DNA of 64,000 bases, taken from contig NW_027590144.1 in NCBI RefSeq assembly GCF_964213995.1, positions 310,001 through 374,000 of the forward strand, in the 5' to 3' direction. The stretch is from Mustelus asterias. Taxonomy: Eukaryota. Position numbers and translations under genes: made by a program. Positions 1 through 10,878 of this stretch are shown here, piece by piece (the first letter of the stretch is position 1; each line of letters starts with the position of its first letter). The notes below the pieces were generated by a model, which was not told the DNA's origin, made no database searches, and saw only the letters and a program-made list of their open reading frames with translations.

Positions 1-40
1 TAACAACACCAGATTAAAGTCCAACAGGTTTATTTGGTAA
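1..40 (-). mobile_element. Penelope-like element 3' terminus (short fragment)
   Basis: acaacaccagattaaagtccaacaggtttatttgg is the reverse complement of the PLE end at 8223-8260 and matches 9453-9488. Confidence 0.6.
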
Positions 41-109
41 CAATTGCATTTGATTCATTGATTAACTATAACTCAATTAAGGCTCATGACTTTCTCATCT
101 GTTAATGAC

Positions 110-2250
110 TGGTAGCTAATAAATAGCTACCAGATGGGGCAGATGTTTGAGGGCAAATCAACATCTGGCATGTGGGAGGCTTTCAAGTGTAAGTTGATAG
201 GGATTCAGGACCGGCACATTCCTGTAAGGATGAAGGATAAGTATGGCAAGTTTTGGGAACCTTGGATAACGAGAGATATTGTGGGTCTAGTCAAAGAGAA
301 AAAGGAAGCATTTGTCAAAGCTATGAGGCTGGGAACACACGAAGCAAGTGTGGAATGCAAGGAAAGTAGAAAGAAACTTAAGCAAGGAGTAAGAAGGGCT
401 AAAAGGGGTCACGAAAAAGCATTGGCCAGCAGGATTAAGGAAAATCCCAAGGCTTTTTATACATATATAAAGAGCAAGAGGGTAGCCAGGGAGAGGGTTG
501 GCCCACTCAAGGACAAGGGAGGGAATCTATGCGCGGAGCCAGAGGAAATGGGCGAGGTATTAAATGAGTACTTTGCGTCAGTATTCACCAAAGAGAAGGA
601 CTTGGTGGATGAGGAGTCTGGGAAAGGGTGTATAGATAGTTTGAGTCATGTTAAGATCAAAAAGGAAGAGGTATTGGGGTTCTTGAGAAACATTAAGGTA
701 GACAAGTCTCCAGGGCTTCATGGGATATGCCCCAGAATACTGAGAGAGGCAAGGGAGGAAATTGCTGGGGTCTTGAGAGAAATCTTTCTATCCTTACTGG
801 CGACAGGGGAGGTCCCAGAGGATTGGAGAATAGCCAATGTTGTTTCTTTGTTTAAGAAGGGTAGCAAGAATAATCCAGGTAATTACAGGCCGGTGAGCCT
901 TACATCAGTGATAGGGAAATTATTGGAGAGGATTCTTCGACACAGGATTGATTCCCACTTGGAAAGAAGTGGACGTATTAGTGAGAGGCAACATCGTTTT
1001 GTGAAGGGGAGGTCGTGTCTCACGAACTTGGTCGAGTTTTTCGAGGAAGTGACGAAGATGATTGATGAGGGTAGGGCAGTGGATGTTGTCTACATGGACT
1101 TCAGTAAGGCCTTTGACAAGGTCCCTCATGGCAGACTGGTGCAGAAGAAGTCGCATGGGATCAGAGTTGAGCTGGCAAGGTGGATACAAAACTGGCTCAG
1201 TCAAAGAAGACAGAGGGTGGTGCGTTTCTGAATGGAGGGCTGTGACAAGTGACATTCCTCAGGGATCAGTGCTGGGATCTTTGCTATTTGTAATATATAT
1301 AAATGATTTGGAGGATAATGTAACTGGTTTGATTAGTAAGTTTGCAGACGACACAGAGGTTGGTGGATTTGCGGGTAGCGATGAGGACCATCAGAGGATA
1401 CAGCAGGATATAGATCAGTTGGAGACTTGGGCAGAGAGATGGCAGATGAAGTTTAATCCGGATAAATGTGAGGTAATGCATTTTGGAAGATCTAATACAG
1501 ATAGGAAATATACAGTAAATGGCAGAACCCTTAAGAGTATTGATAGGCAGAGGGATCTGGGTGTACAGGTACACAGGTCATTGAAAGTGGCAATGCAGGT
1601 GGAGAAGGTAGTCCAGAAGGCATATGGCATGCTTGCCTTCATCGGCCGGGGCATTGAGTTTAAAAATTGGCAAGTCATGTTGCAGCTTTATAGAACCTTA
1701 GTTCGGCCACACTTGGAATATAGTGTTCAATTCTGGTCGCCACACTATCAGAAGAATATGGAGGCTTTAGAGAGGGTACAGAAAAGATTTACCAGGATGT
1801 TGCCTAGTATGAAGGACATTAGCTATGAGGAGAGGTTGGAGAAACTTGGTTTGTTCTCACTGGAACGACAGAGGATGAGGGGCGACCTGATAGAAGTCTA
1901 CAAGATTGTGAGAGACATGGACAGAGTGGATAGTCAGAAGCTTTTTCCCAGGGTGGAAGAGTCAATTACTCGGGGGCACAGGTGTAAGGTGTGAGCGGCA
2001 AGGTTTAAAGGAGATATACGAGGCAGATTTTTTACACAGAGGGTGGTGGGTGCCTGGATCATGTTGCCGGGGCAGGTAGTGGAAGCGGATATGATCGTGA
2101 CTTTAAGGGGCATCTTGACAAATACATGAATATGATGGGAATCGAGGGATATGGTCCCCGGAAGGGTAGGGGTTTTAGTTCAGACAGGCAGCATGGTTGG
2201 TGCAGGCTTGGAGGGCCGAAGGGCCTGTTCCTGTGCTGTAATTTTCTTTT
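110..2250 (+). mobile_element. CR1-clade LINE, 5'-truncated ORF2 (RT) with frameshift, plus 3' UTR
   Basis: ORFs 134-1231 and 1062-1994 carry NYRPVSLTS, DFSKAFDKVPH, PQGSVLG, FADD and LVRPHLEY. The tail is gggccgaagggcctgttcctgtgctgtaa. A short fold-back tggtagcta-ataaa-tagctacca lies at the 5' junction. Confidence 0.93.
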
Positions 2251-3718
2251 GACTATTGGCATTATTTTATAATGACGACTGCATTTGCTTTTTTCTTTGT
2301 ATCTTGGAGCCTGCAAGCTCACTTTCCGTTGTATTTGTGCACTATACAATGACAACATTGAAGTGATTTGGACCCGCCAAATGCTATCCATCAAAAAGCA
2401 GGTCATGAAGAAAGTCCAATTTTGGGTTGGCATCAATTTGAAGCTCACAAACGGTCCACCTTAAATTACCAAGGAATTGGCATTTCCTACTTCCTCGACC
2501 TGGTTTCTAATCACTGGCTGAACTTTAACTTTTTTAAAAGCACAACCTCAGAATTAAGGGACGATCCTTTAAAACAGAGATGAGGAGGAATTTCTTCAGC
2601 CAGAGAGTGGTCAATCTGAGGAACTCTTTGCTGCAGAAGGCTGTGGAGGCCGGGTCATTGAGTATCTTTAAGACAGAGATATATAGGTTCTTGATTAACA
2701 AGGGGATCTGGGGTTATGGGGAAAAGGCAGGAGAATGGGGATGAGAAAAAAATCAGCCATGATTGAAAGGCGGAGCAGACTCGATGGGCCGAGTGGCCTC
2801 GTTCTGCTCCTATGTCTTATGGTCTTAAGGAGTCAAATTTTATTAATACTCTGATTAGAAGTAATGCATACCCGACAAGAATTTTTTTAGCATTTGGAAA
2901 ATCCAGAGATAGTGAATTATGCTGAAGTTGCAACTCCGTGAACGAAACGATTGGACATATTTGAGACTCTTGTCCTTTTGTCAAAAATGCCAGAATCCTC
3001 AGACACAATAAGATCTTGCATCAATTGGAGGAGTATGCACACACACATCATTTTAAAGTTATTTCAGGACCCCCAATAAGAACGGCCGATAAAACAACTG
3101 TATAAACCCGACATGCTGATCAGCAATGGGAAAGAAGTTGCGGCTGTTGATATCACAACAAGATTGAAGATAACATTAATTCTCTGGAAAAAGCATGGGA
3201 TGAAAAGGTTAAGAAGTATCAACATCCAACTAAAGAGATGAAACAACTGACAGGTGGCTCTACTGTGAAGTTTTTTGGGTTTATTATAGGTGCCAGGGAA
3301 AATGATGTACACAAAATGACCTGATGTTGAAATTCCTCAATATCCAGAAATTTAAATTGTTTGTGGAACAAATCTGCCGACTGGCATTGTTACAGACGGT
3401 AAAAATGTTACAGATTTTTACAGACAAATGATGTTGCCTTATTGTTAACCACTTTTAATTCTTTTTTTCTTTTTGTATGTTTTGACATTTTATATGCTGA
3501 TTTGTATATCTTGATCTTGTTTCTTTTCTTTAATTCATATTTTATTTAATAAAGTTTACTCTGTAATTTTATAATATATGCAACATCAAAACACACATGA
3601 AATGATGAGGGATTTATACCATTGTCAAGAGGCGTGTCTCATTAGCTCTGCATTACCCCGATTGGTTTTATTCTGCAGTTACAAAGGCATTAATTTAATA
3701 TTTACAATTTTATTTTTT
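2251..3718 (+). mobile_element. Decayed R2-clade (restriction-like endonuclease) non-LTR retrotransposon, C-terminal half plus AT-rich 3' UTR
   Basis: Manual translation across stops and frameshifts gives LNYQGIGISYF..SNHWLNF, RSNAYPTR, a C*SC...ETIGHI*DSC zinc knuckle, ARILRHNKI, LYKPDML..VDIT (PD..D), SLEKAWDEKVKKY and FFGFIIGAR, with a stop at 3429-3431. It is split by a CR1 insertion at 2538-2824. Confidence 0.85.
2538..2824 (+). mobile_element. CR1 3'-end fragment nested in the R2 remnant
   Basis: Encodes EMRRNFFSQRVVNL and ends cctatgtcttatggtc. Putative ttaa TSD at 2534-2537/2825-2828; removing the insert rejoins the R2 frame (NFNFF|KESNF). Confidence 0.85.
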
Positions 3719-3723
3719 TAGCC

Positions 3724-4430
3724 CTCGATGGGTCGCCGGCATCGGAGCATCGGGACCCTCCCGATGCATCCTCTGTCAGAACACCGACATGCCCTGCCCC
3801 TGAACGACCCTCCCCCGCACCCCCTTGGCAGAGATTCCCCCCCCCCAAGCCAATCACAACCCCCCCCCATGCAGAGCTCCCCTCTTGACAAGCACCCCCC
3901 CTTGCAAAAGCCCCCCCATCATGTTAAATACCTCTCCAGGTCCCACCACCACACGCCCCACCCCCTTGGCACCGTCCATGGTGCACTTAGGGCACGCAAC
4001 CAGGCACTGCTACGATGCCAGGTGGGCATGCCAGTGTGGCATTGCCCAATTTGCACTGCCCAGATATTCCCCCAAATCACCTGGTGGTTTCTTTGGCCTC
4101 TGATTCCACCGCCCCCCCCCCCTCCCCTCCCCTCCACCCCCCCCCCCTCCCCCCTCCCCATCAGCGTGGTCCAAGCACCTGGTCCCCGCTGGTGAAGACC
4201 AGCAGTGATTCTCGTTGGTGTGATGTCTCAACCGTACCGAACCGAATCCAACAATCATATTGCAATGTAAGCAACTCTATGCAATTAGCCTTCACCCTCT
4301 TTCTGGTCACAAAACCATTCACGCCGGCAAAACAGGGCCAGGAAGATAGCAATACTTTCGTCTCGCAAGCCTATCTTCCCAGCTCACCGCGCTGATCGAG
4401 CGGCAAGTCAAGCCGGTAAGATCACCCCCT
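3724..4430 (-). mobile_element. GC-rich interspersed repeat, possibly a non-autonomous DNA transposon fragment
   Basis: Reverse-complement homolog of 13902-14500 (shared terminus ..gatcttaccggct.gact..cgctcgat and caccagcggggaccaggtgcttgg). Superfamily not established. Confidence 0.5.
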
Positions 4431-4624
4431 GTATCTTTCTTTCACACTCAGACTGAACCAATCAGCCTTATTCTTGAGGCAGATTTCACAGAATATAACG
4501 TCTTCTGGCTGATCAAAAGGAAAGAAGAAATTCTTAGTTTAAACAGTTGCTGCTAGCTACACAGATTCCACAAGCGTTTAGGTGAATACAGTATTCATTT
4601 TGAAATAAAGGTCCAGTCACGATA

Positions 4625-5250
4625 GAGTTGTGGAACACCTCCGCTCAGTCCACAAGCATGACCCTGACCTTCCACTTGCTTGCCATTAGAATTCACCACC
4701 TTGCTCTCACACTCACATTTCTGTCCTCGGCCTGCTGCAATGTTCCGGAGAAGCCCAACACAAGCTGGACAAACAGCCCCTCATCTTCCGATGAGGCACT
4801 TTACAGCCTTCTGGACTCAACATTGAGTTCAACAACTTCACACCCTGAACTCTCTCCTCCATTTTGATTTGTTGTTTTTTGCCGAGTGCCAGTCTGCATC
4901 TTGTTTTTGTTTTTTTGCTTCCAGACAGAGCTGTCCTTTATCCTGCCATTAACACTTACTCTGGACCAATGCTTTGTTTCTTTACTGTAACCATTCCCTC
5001 TCCCTTTGCCTTTTGTTCCGGGATATTTTTGTCATTTAATCTCACCCGCCCTCTCACCAATCCCTGACTTTCCCTTTTGTTCTACCTGCCCCTCCCCCCT
5101 TTCTCAGCAGCATCAAACCCATCACATTTCTCCCTCTCTTTCGTTTTGAAGTAGAGCTGCATTGGACATAAAAAGTTATCTTTGTTTCTCTCTCCACAGA
5201 TACTGCCAGAGCTGCTGCGATTTTCCAGTTCTTTCTGTGTTTATTTCAGA
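4625..5250 (+). mobile_element. Penelope-like element, decayed GIY-YIG C-terminus and 3' region (second family)
   Basis: Degenerate EHLRSV..KL.KQ.LIFR.GTLQPSGLNIEFNNF. The 3' end ctctccacagatactgccagagctgctg is shared with the palindromic elements below. Confidence 0.7.
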
Positions 5251-5512
5251 GCTAACTGTAGCAGTGGGAAAAACACTATTTATTATGCAGATAAAATAAA
5301 TGTCCTTCATCAGCTTTTGTGGATCATTTCAGTGGAAATGTGCTCTCCCAGGCACAAAGAGCATCAGCCCACTGGAAGCAAAGTCATGAGACTGTCCAGT
5401 CCAGCAGAAAGAAACCCCCCGACCCTCCCACTTCACCAACTGTCAGAATGAACATGGTTCAGTCCTGGATGTGATCAACAGCAGCAATAACAGCAGAATC
5501 CAACCCCTGTCA

Positions 5513-6686
5513 TCACTTGTGAACTCGCTGGTGTTTCAGCAGGTGAGATGACTGAATGAATCCCTTCCCACACACAGCAGGTGAATGGTCTCTCCCCAGT
5601 GTGAACTCGCTGGTGTGAGAGCAGATAGTATGAATCACTGAATCCCTTCCCACACAGAGAGCAGCTGAACGGTCGCTCCTCAGTGTGAATGCGTTGGTGG
5701 GACATCAGTGCCCAAGAACTTTTGAAACCACTTCCACAGTCAGAACATTTAAAAGGTCTCTCCTGGGTGTGGGTGACTTTGTGTTTCAGCAGGCTGGATG
5801 ACTGAGTGAATCCCTTCCCACACACAGAGCAGGTGAATGGCCTCTCCCCGGTGTGAACTCGCTGGTGTTCCCGCAGGCTGTCTGACCATTTAAACTTCTT
5901 TGAGCAGTGAGAGCAGCTGAACAGTCTCTCCTCAGTGTGAATGCGCTGGTGGGCCTTCAGATTCTCAGCACGTTTGAAGCCACTCCCACAGTCAGGGCAT
6001 TTAAAGGGTTTCTCATTGCTGTGAGTGAGATTGTGTTTCATCAGGCTGTGTGACCGAGTGAATCCCTTCCCACACACAGAGCAGGTGAATGGCTTCTCCC
6101 CAGTGTGAGCTCGCTGTGTAGCTGCAGTGCGGATAACTGAGTGAATCCCTTTCCACACTGAGCGCAGGTGAACGGTCTGTCCTCAGTGTGAATGCGCTGG
6201 TGGACCATCAGTTCTCTAGACCTTTTGAAGTCGCTCCCACAGTCAGAGCATTTAAAGGGTCTGTCCCGGGTGTGAGTGACTTTGTGTCTTAGCAGGTAGG
6301 ATGAAGCAGTGAATCCCATCCCACACTCAGAGCAGGTAAACGGTCTCTCCCTGGAGTGAACTCGCTGGTGTACTCACAGGTTGGATGATGTTTTAAATCT
6401 CTTTGTGCAGTGAGAGCAGCTGAATGGTCTCTCCTCAGTGTGAATGCGCTGGTGGGACACCAGTTTTCCAGAGCTTTTGAATTCACTCCCACAGTCAGAG
6501 CATTTAAAGGGTCTCTCAGGGTGTGAGTGACTTTGTGCCTCAGCAGGTGGGATGAATGAATGAATCCCTTCCCCACACAGAGCAGGTGAATGGCTTCTCC
6601 CCAGTGTGACTGCGTCGATGAATTTCCAGCTCAGATGGGAACATGAATCCCTTTCCACAATCCCCACATTTCCATGGTTTCTCCAT
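5513..6686 (-). pseudogene. C2H2 poly-zinc-finger locus Z1 (~14 fingers), multiple frameshifts
   Basis: The [12 protein letters not shown] start is at 6686. The finger array is split over ORFs 6540-6806, 6374-7093, 6041-6319 and 5475-6158, with TGEKPF/TEERPF linkers. The ancestral stop is at 5513-5515. Confidence 0.88.
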
Positions 6687-7267
6687 GGTGTGGGTCTCCT
6701 TGTATCTTTCCTCATGTATTGATACAACACGGGTACAATCTCTCCCCGCTGTAAATGCTGAAATGTTTTTTTCAGGCTGTGTAACCGGATAAAGTTGGTT
6801 CCACACTCAGTGCACTGGAACACTCTCACTCGGGTATGTTTATGTGTGTCGATGCTTTTCCAGCCACACTGATGTTTAAAATCTTCTGCGCAGACAGAAC
6901 AGAGAAACATTTCTCCTTCTAGATTCAAAGGCTGATGGTATTCAGGTCCGGATGAATTGAGTGACTCTGTCAGATATTGATGTGAAGTTTGATTTAAGAT
7001 TTCTGTCTGTAAACCCTCATCTTCTGATATCCTGTAAAAGAAGTTTACAAAATTCACCACTGTCAGTGCAGGACAGAAATTCAGAACAGACAATTCTAGT
7101 TTCTATGGAACATTCTTTCCTCCCTCATTCCCCAAAAGCTGTGAATCTCCATCCCACACACTCTCCCTCCATTCTCACTCTGCTGTATCTAATATTCACC
7201 CTCCCAATTCTCCTGAAGGTCCTGATTGAAGCTGATTGACAGATCCATGCTCACGGCTTCCTGTCCT

Positions 7268-8272
7268 AGATTGAGCGAAAAACCGCACCGACCTCCTCAG
7301 AAGACAAACACGGGACACGGTGGACAGAGTACCCTTCGTCGTTCAGTACTTCCCCGGAGCGGAGAAGCTACGGCATCTCCTCCGGAGCCTTCAAATGTCA
7401 TTGATGAAGACGAACATCTCGCCAAGGCCATCCCCACACCCCCACTTCTTGCCTTCAAACAACCGCACAACCTCAAACAGACCATTGTCCGCTGCAAACT
7501 ACCCAGCCTTCAGGAGAACAGTGACCACGACACCACATAACCCTGCCACAGCAACCTCTGCAAGACGTGCCGGATCATCGACACAGATGCCATCATCTCA
7601 CGTGAGAACACCATCCACCAGGTACACGGTACATACTCTTGCAACTCGGCCAACGTTGTTTACCTGATACGCTGCAGGAAAGGATGTCTCGAGGCATGGT
7701 ACATTGGGGAAACTATGCAGACGCTCTGACAACGGATGAATGAACACCGCTCGACAATCACCAGGCAAGACTGTTCTCTTCCTGTTGGGGAGCACTTCAG
7801 CGGTCACGGGCATTCGGCCTCTGATATTCGGGTAAGTGTTCTCCAAGGCAGCCTTCACGACACACGACGGCGCAGAGTCGCTGAGCAGAAACTGATAGCC
7901 AAGTTCCGCACACACGAGGACGGCCTCAACCAGGATATTGGGTTCATGTCACACTATCTGTTAACCCCCACAGTTGCCTGGACCTGCCGAGTTTCACTGG
8001 CTGTCTTGTCTGGAGACAATACACATCTTTTTAGCCTGTCTTGATGCTCTCTCCACTCACATTGTTTTGTTTCTTAAAGACTTGATTCGCTGTAAGTATT
8101 CGCATTCCAACCATTATTCATGTAAATTGAGTCTGTGTCTTTATAAACTCTGTTTGTGAACAGAATTCCCACTCACCTGAAGAAGGGGCTTGGAGCTCCG
8201 AAAGCTTGTGTGGCTTTTGCTATCAAATAAACCTGTTGGACTTTAACCTGGTGGTGTTAAACTTCTAACTGT
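7268..8272 (+). mobile_element. Penelope-like retroelement, 5'-truncated (RT C-terminus plus GIY-YIG endonuclease)
   Basis: DRVPFVVQYFPG, C..C, NVVYLIRC..WYIGET..LxQRMNEHR, HF..H, GLN. An 8-bp TSD cctgtcct lies at 7260-7267/8273-8280; the empty site is seen in the paralog at ~39165. Confidence 0.92.
8174..8210 (+). ncRNA. Minimal type I hammerhead ribozyme motif in the PLE 3' region
   Basis: CAC-CUGAAGA-A-GGGGCU(UGG)AGCUCC-GAAA-GC-UU-GUG: core boxes, stem II, palindromic AAGCUU helix III and stem I CAC/GUG. Confidence 0.7.
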
Positions 8273-8374
8273 CCTGTCCTGGACACAGAGAGCTGGAAAT
8301 CTCCATGCAGGCTGCCAGACAGATATATGTCTATCTGACTGGACTAACAATGTGTGGAATGTACAGACTGGGGG

Positions 8375-8790
8375 AACAATGGGTGGGGGCGGGGCTCCCG
8401 GGTCCGCGCGCCTGAACCTGGAGACGTCGCCGCGGAGCAGAGCGATTGCTATTGGCTGATTCAGGCAGGGCTCCATTGTGCCGTCACAATGACTCAGGGG
8501 GGCGTTCCCAGCCCATAGTGTCCCATTGGCAGCAATGTCACTGGTTCCAGAAACAAAACACTGCGGATTGGACACCAGCTCAGCGCGGCTGGCGGTCAAA
8601 GCCCCGCCCACCCCCACGTGGGCTCGGGTTCGTCCACATGCGGCAGATTGACCAATGACAACGCGTGGAGGACCGGATGGGCATTGGTCCTCCAGCCAAT
8701 CAGAGTCCGGGTCTTGTGTCAATTCCTGCACGGAGCTTCCTCCATTGTTGCCCAGCAAAGCTGCTACTGTTCTCTCTCTGAGTGAAGATT
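8375..8790. promoter_or_regulatory. Putative bidirectional promoter between Z1 (-) and Z2 (+)
   Basis: CpG-rich, with GC boxes (ggggcgggg ~8386, ccccgccc ~8602) and several CCAAT/ATTGG boxes. Homologous to 24305-24750 and 59020-59450. Followed by the donor caacatct|gtgagt at ~8831. Confidence 0.6.
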
Positions 8791-9135
8791 GAGCTTCAGA
8801 CAGACTAAAATTTCTTCTATCATCAACATCTGTGAGTTAAACGCTTTCTTCCCCCCGCCCCTTTCCATTTCTTTTCTCATTCTGGGGAAAAATTGGGGCC
8901 TTGGAGCAACTGAAGGGAAAAGAAGTGAATCCAGGGAGGCTGCAGACTCTGGAAAGGTTGGCCCAGGTTTCTCTCTCTCTTAAAGACATTGACATCCTTT
9001 GCTCCCTCAGCTTGACACATTTATTTGTCTGGTTAAAAGGATGGTCTGTTTCCTAATGTTGACAATTAAAGGGCTGTTTTCCCCAGGTGATGTCTGACTT
9101 TTAAGGGAAGAGTAAATTAATATTGTACACATTAA

Positions 9136-9428
9136 TCATAGAATCCCTACAGTGCAGAAGGAGGCCATTCGGCCCATCAAGTCTGCACTGACTACAATCC
9201 CAGGCTCTCTTCCCGGAACCCCTCAGATCACCCTGATAATCCCCCTGACACGAGAGTCAATTTAGCACGGCCAATCAACCTAACCCACACATCTTTGGAC
9301 TGTGGGAGGAAACCGGAGCACCCGGAGGAAACTCACGCAGACACGGGGAGAATGTGCAAACTCCACACAGACAGTGAACCGAGGCCGGAATTGAACCCAA
9401 GTCCCTGGCACTGTGATGCAGCAATGCT
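9136..9428 (-). mobile_element. HE1-like tRNA-derived V-SINE
   Basis: V-domain (ggaggaaaccggagcacccggaggaaac) and CR1-type tail. Confidence 0.88.
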
Positions 9429-9440
9429 GTATCTAATATT

Positions 9441-9747
9441 GTAAGAAGTCTCACAACACCAGGTTAAAGTCCAACAGGTTTATTTGGTAGCAAATATCAT
9501 AAGCTTTCGGAGCACAGCTCCTTCGTCAGATGGAGTGGATATGTGTTCTCAAACAGTGCAAACAGACACAAAAATCAAGTTACAGAATACTGATTAGAAT
9601 GCAAATCTCTACAGCCAGCCAGGTCTTAAATGTACAGACAATGTGGGTGGAGGGAGCATTCAACACAGGTTAAAGAGATGTGTATTGTCTCCAGACAGAA
9701 CAGCTAGTGAGATTCTGCAAGTCCAGGAGGCAAGCTGTGGGGGTTTC
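9441..9747 (-). mobile_element. Penelope-like element 3' region
   Basis: Inverted homolog of ~7970-8270. Confidence 0.85.
9498..9532 (-). ncRNA. Minimal type I hammerhead ribozyme motif
   Basis: Minus strand reads CAU-CUGACGA-A-GGAGC(UGU)GCUCC-GAAA-GC-UU-AUG; stem I covaries with the 8174 copy. Confidence 0.72.
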
Positions 9748-9749
9748 AC

Positions 9750-10142
9750 AGATGTGATAAATAATGAGGAGCAAAGCCTCAGATTACAACAAGATGCAGA
9801 TGGGCTGGTTAGATGAACAGAGCAATGGCAAATTCAATTTAACCCTGGAAAGTATGAGGTAATTCATTTTGGGAGAACTAACAAGACAAGGGAACATACA
9901 ATGAATGGTTGGTCCCCAGGAAGTACAGAGGACCGGAAGAATCTTGGGGTGCATTTCCATCAGACCCTGAAGACAGCAGGATAGATTAATGAAATGGTTA
10001 AGAAGGGATTTGGGATACTTCCCTTTGTTAGCCGAGGCAGAGAATATAAGAGAAGGAGGTTATGATGGAGTTATGCACAATGCACACAGCTAGAGTACTG
10101 CGTGCAAATCTGGTCACCACACAAGAACAAGGACATGATTGG
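9750..10142 (+). mobile_element. Old degenerate CR1 RT fragment
   Basis: Decayed LQQD..L..W...WQ..FN..K.EVIHFG and LEYCVQ.WSP. Confidence 0.7.
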
Positions 10143-10878
10143 GTCCTGGCGACTTGTCCACCCTGAGCCACTGAATGGGAAAGAAGTGAATCCACTCTGT
10201 ACATTCCACACATTGTTAGTCCAGTCATATAGACATAGATCTGTCTGGCAGCCTGCATGGCGATTTCCAGCTCTCTGTGTCTGGGACAGGAAGCAGTTCG
10301 CATAAATCTGTCAATCAGTCTGAATCAGAATGTTCAGGAGAATTAGGGGGGGGGGGGGGAGGTGAGTATTAGATACAGCAGTGTGAGAATGGAGGGAGAG
10401 TGTGTGGGATGGAGATTTATAGCTTTTGGGGAATGAGTGAGGAAAGAATGTTCCATAGAAACTAGAATTGTCTGTTCTGAATTTCTATCCTGTACTTACA
10501 ATAATTACTTTTGTAAATTCCTTTTACAGGATATCAGAAGGTGAGGATTTACAGACAAATACCCAGAACAAACATCACACCAACATCTAACAGAGTCACT
10601 CAATTTATCGGGACCTGAATATTATCGACCTTTGATTCGAGAAGGAGAAATGTTTCACTGTTCCTTCTGCTTCAAAAGATTTTAAAGATCAGTGTGACTG
10701 GAAAAGCACCGAGACACACACACACCCCCAAGTGAGAGTGTTCCAGAACACTGAGTGTGGAAAGAGCTTTAACCAGTTACACAACCTGAAAATACATCGC
10801 AGCATTCACAGCGTACCTGTGGTCTGTGTGAGATTTAACTGATTGTTTAACCTGGAGAGTCACAAGGACACCCGCACC

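Noticed and set aside
3728-4395. Proline/glycine-rich ORFs
   Set aside because: Low-complexity C-tracts inside an interspersed repeat; frames are not conserved in the copy at 13902-14500.
5440-5520. C/D box snoRNA at the ZNF stop codon (GTGATGA...CTGA on the minus strand)
   Set aside because: The C box arises from the stop codon in only two loci, is exonic, and lacks a terminal stem.
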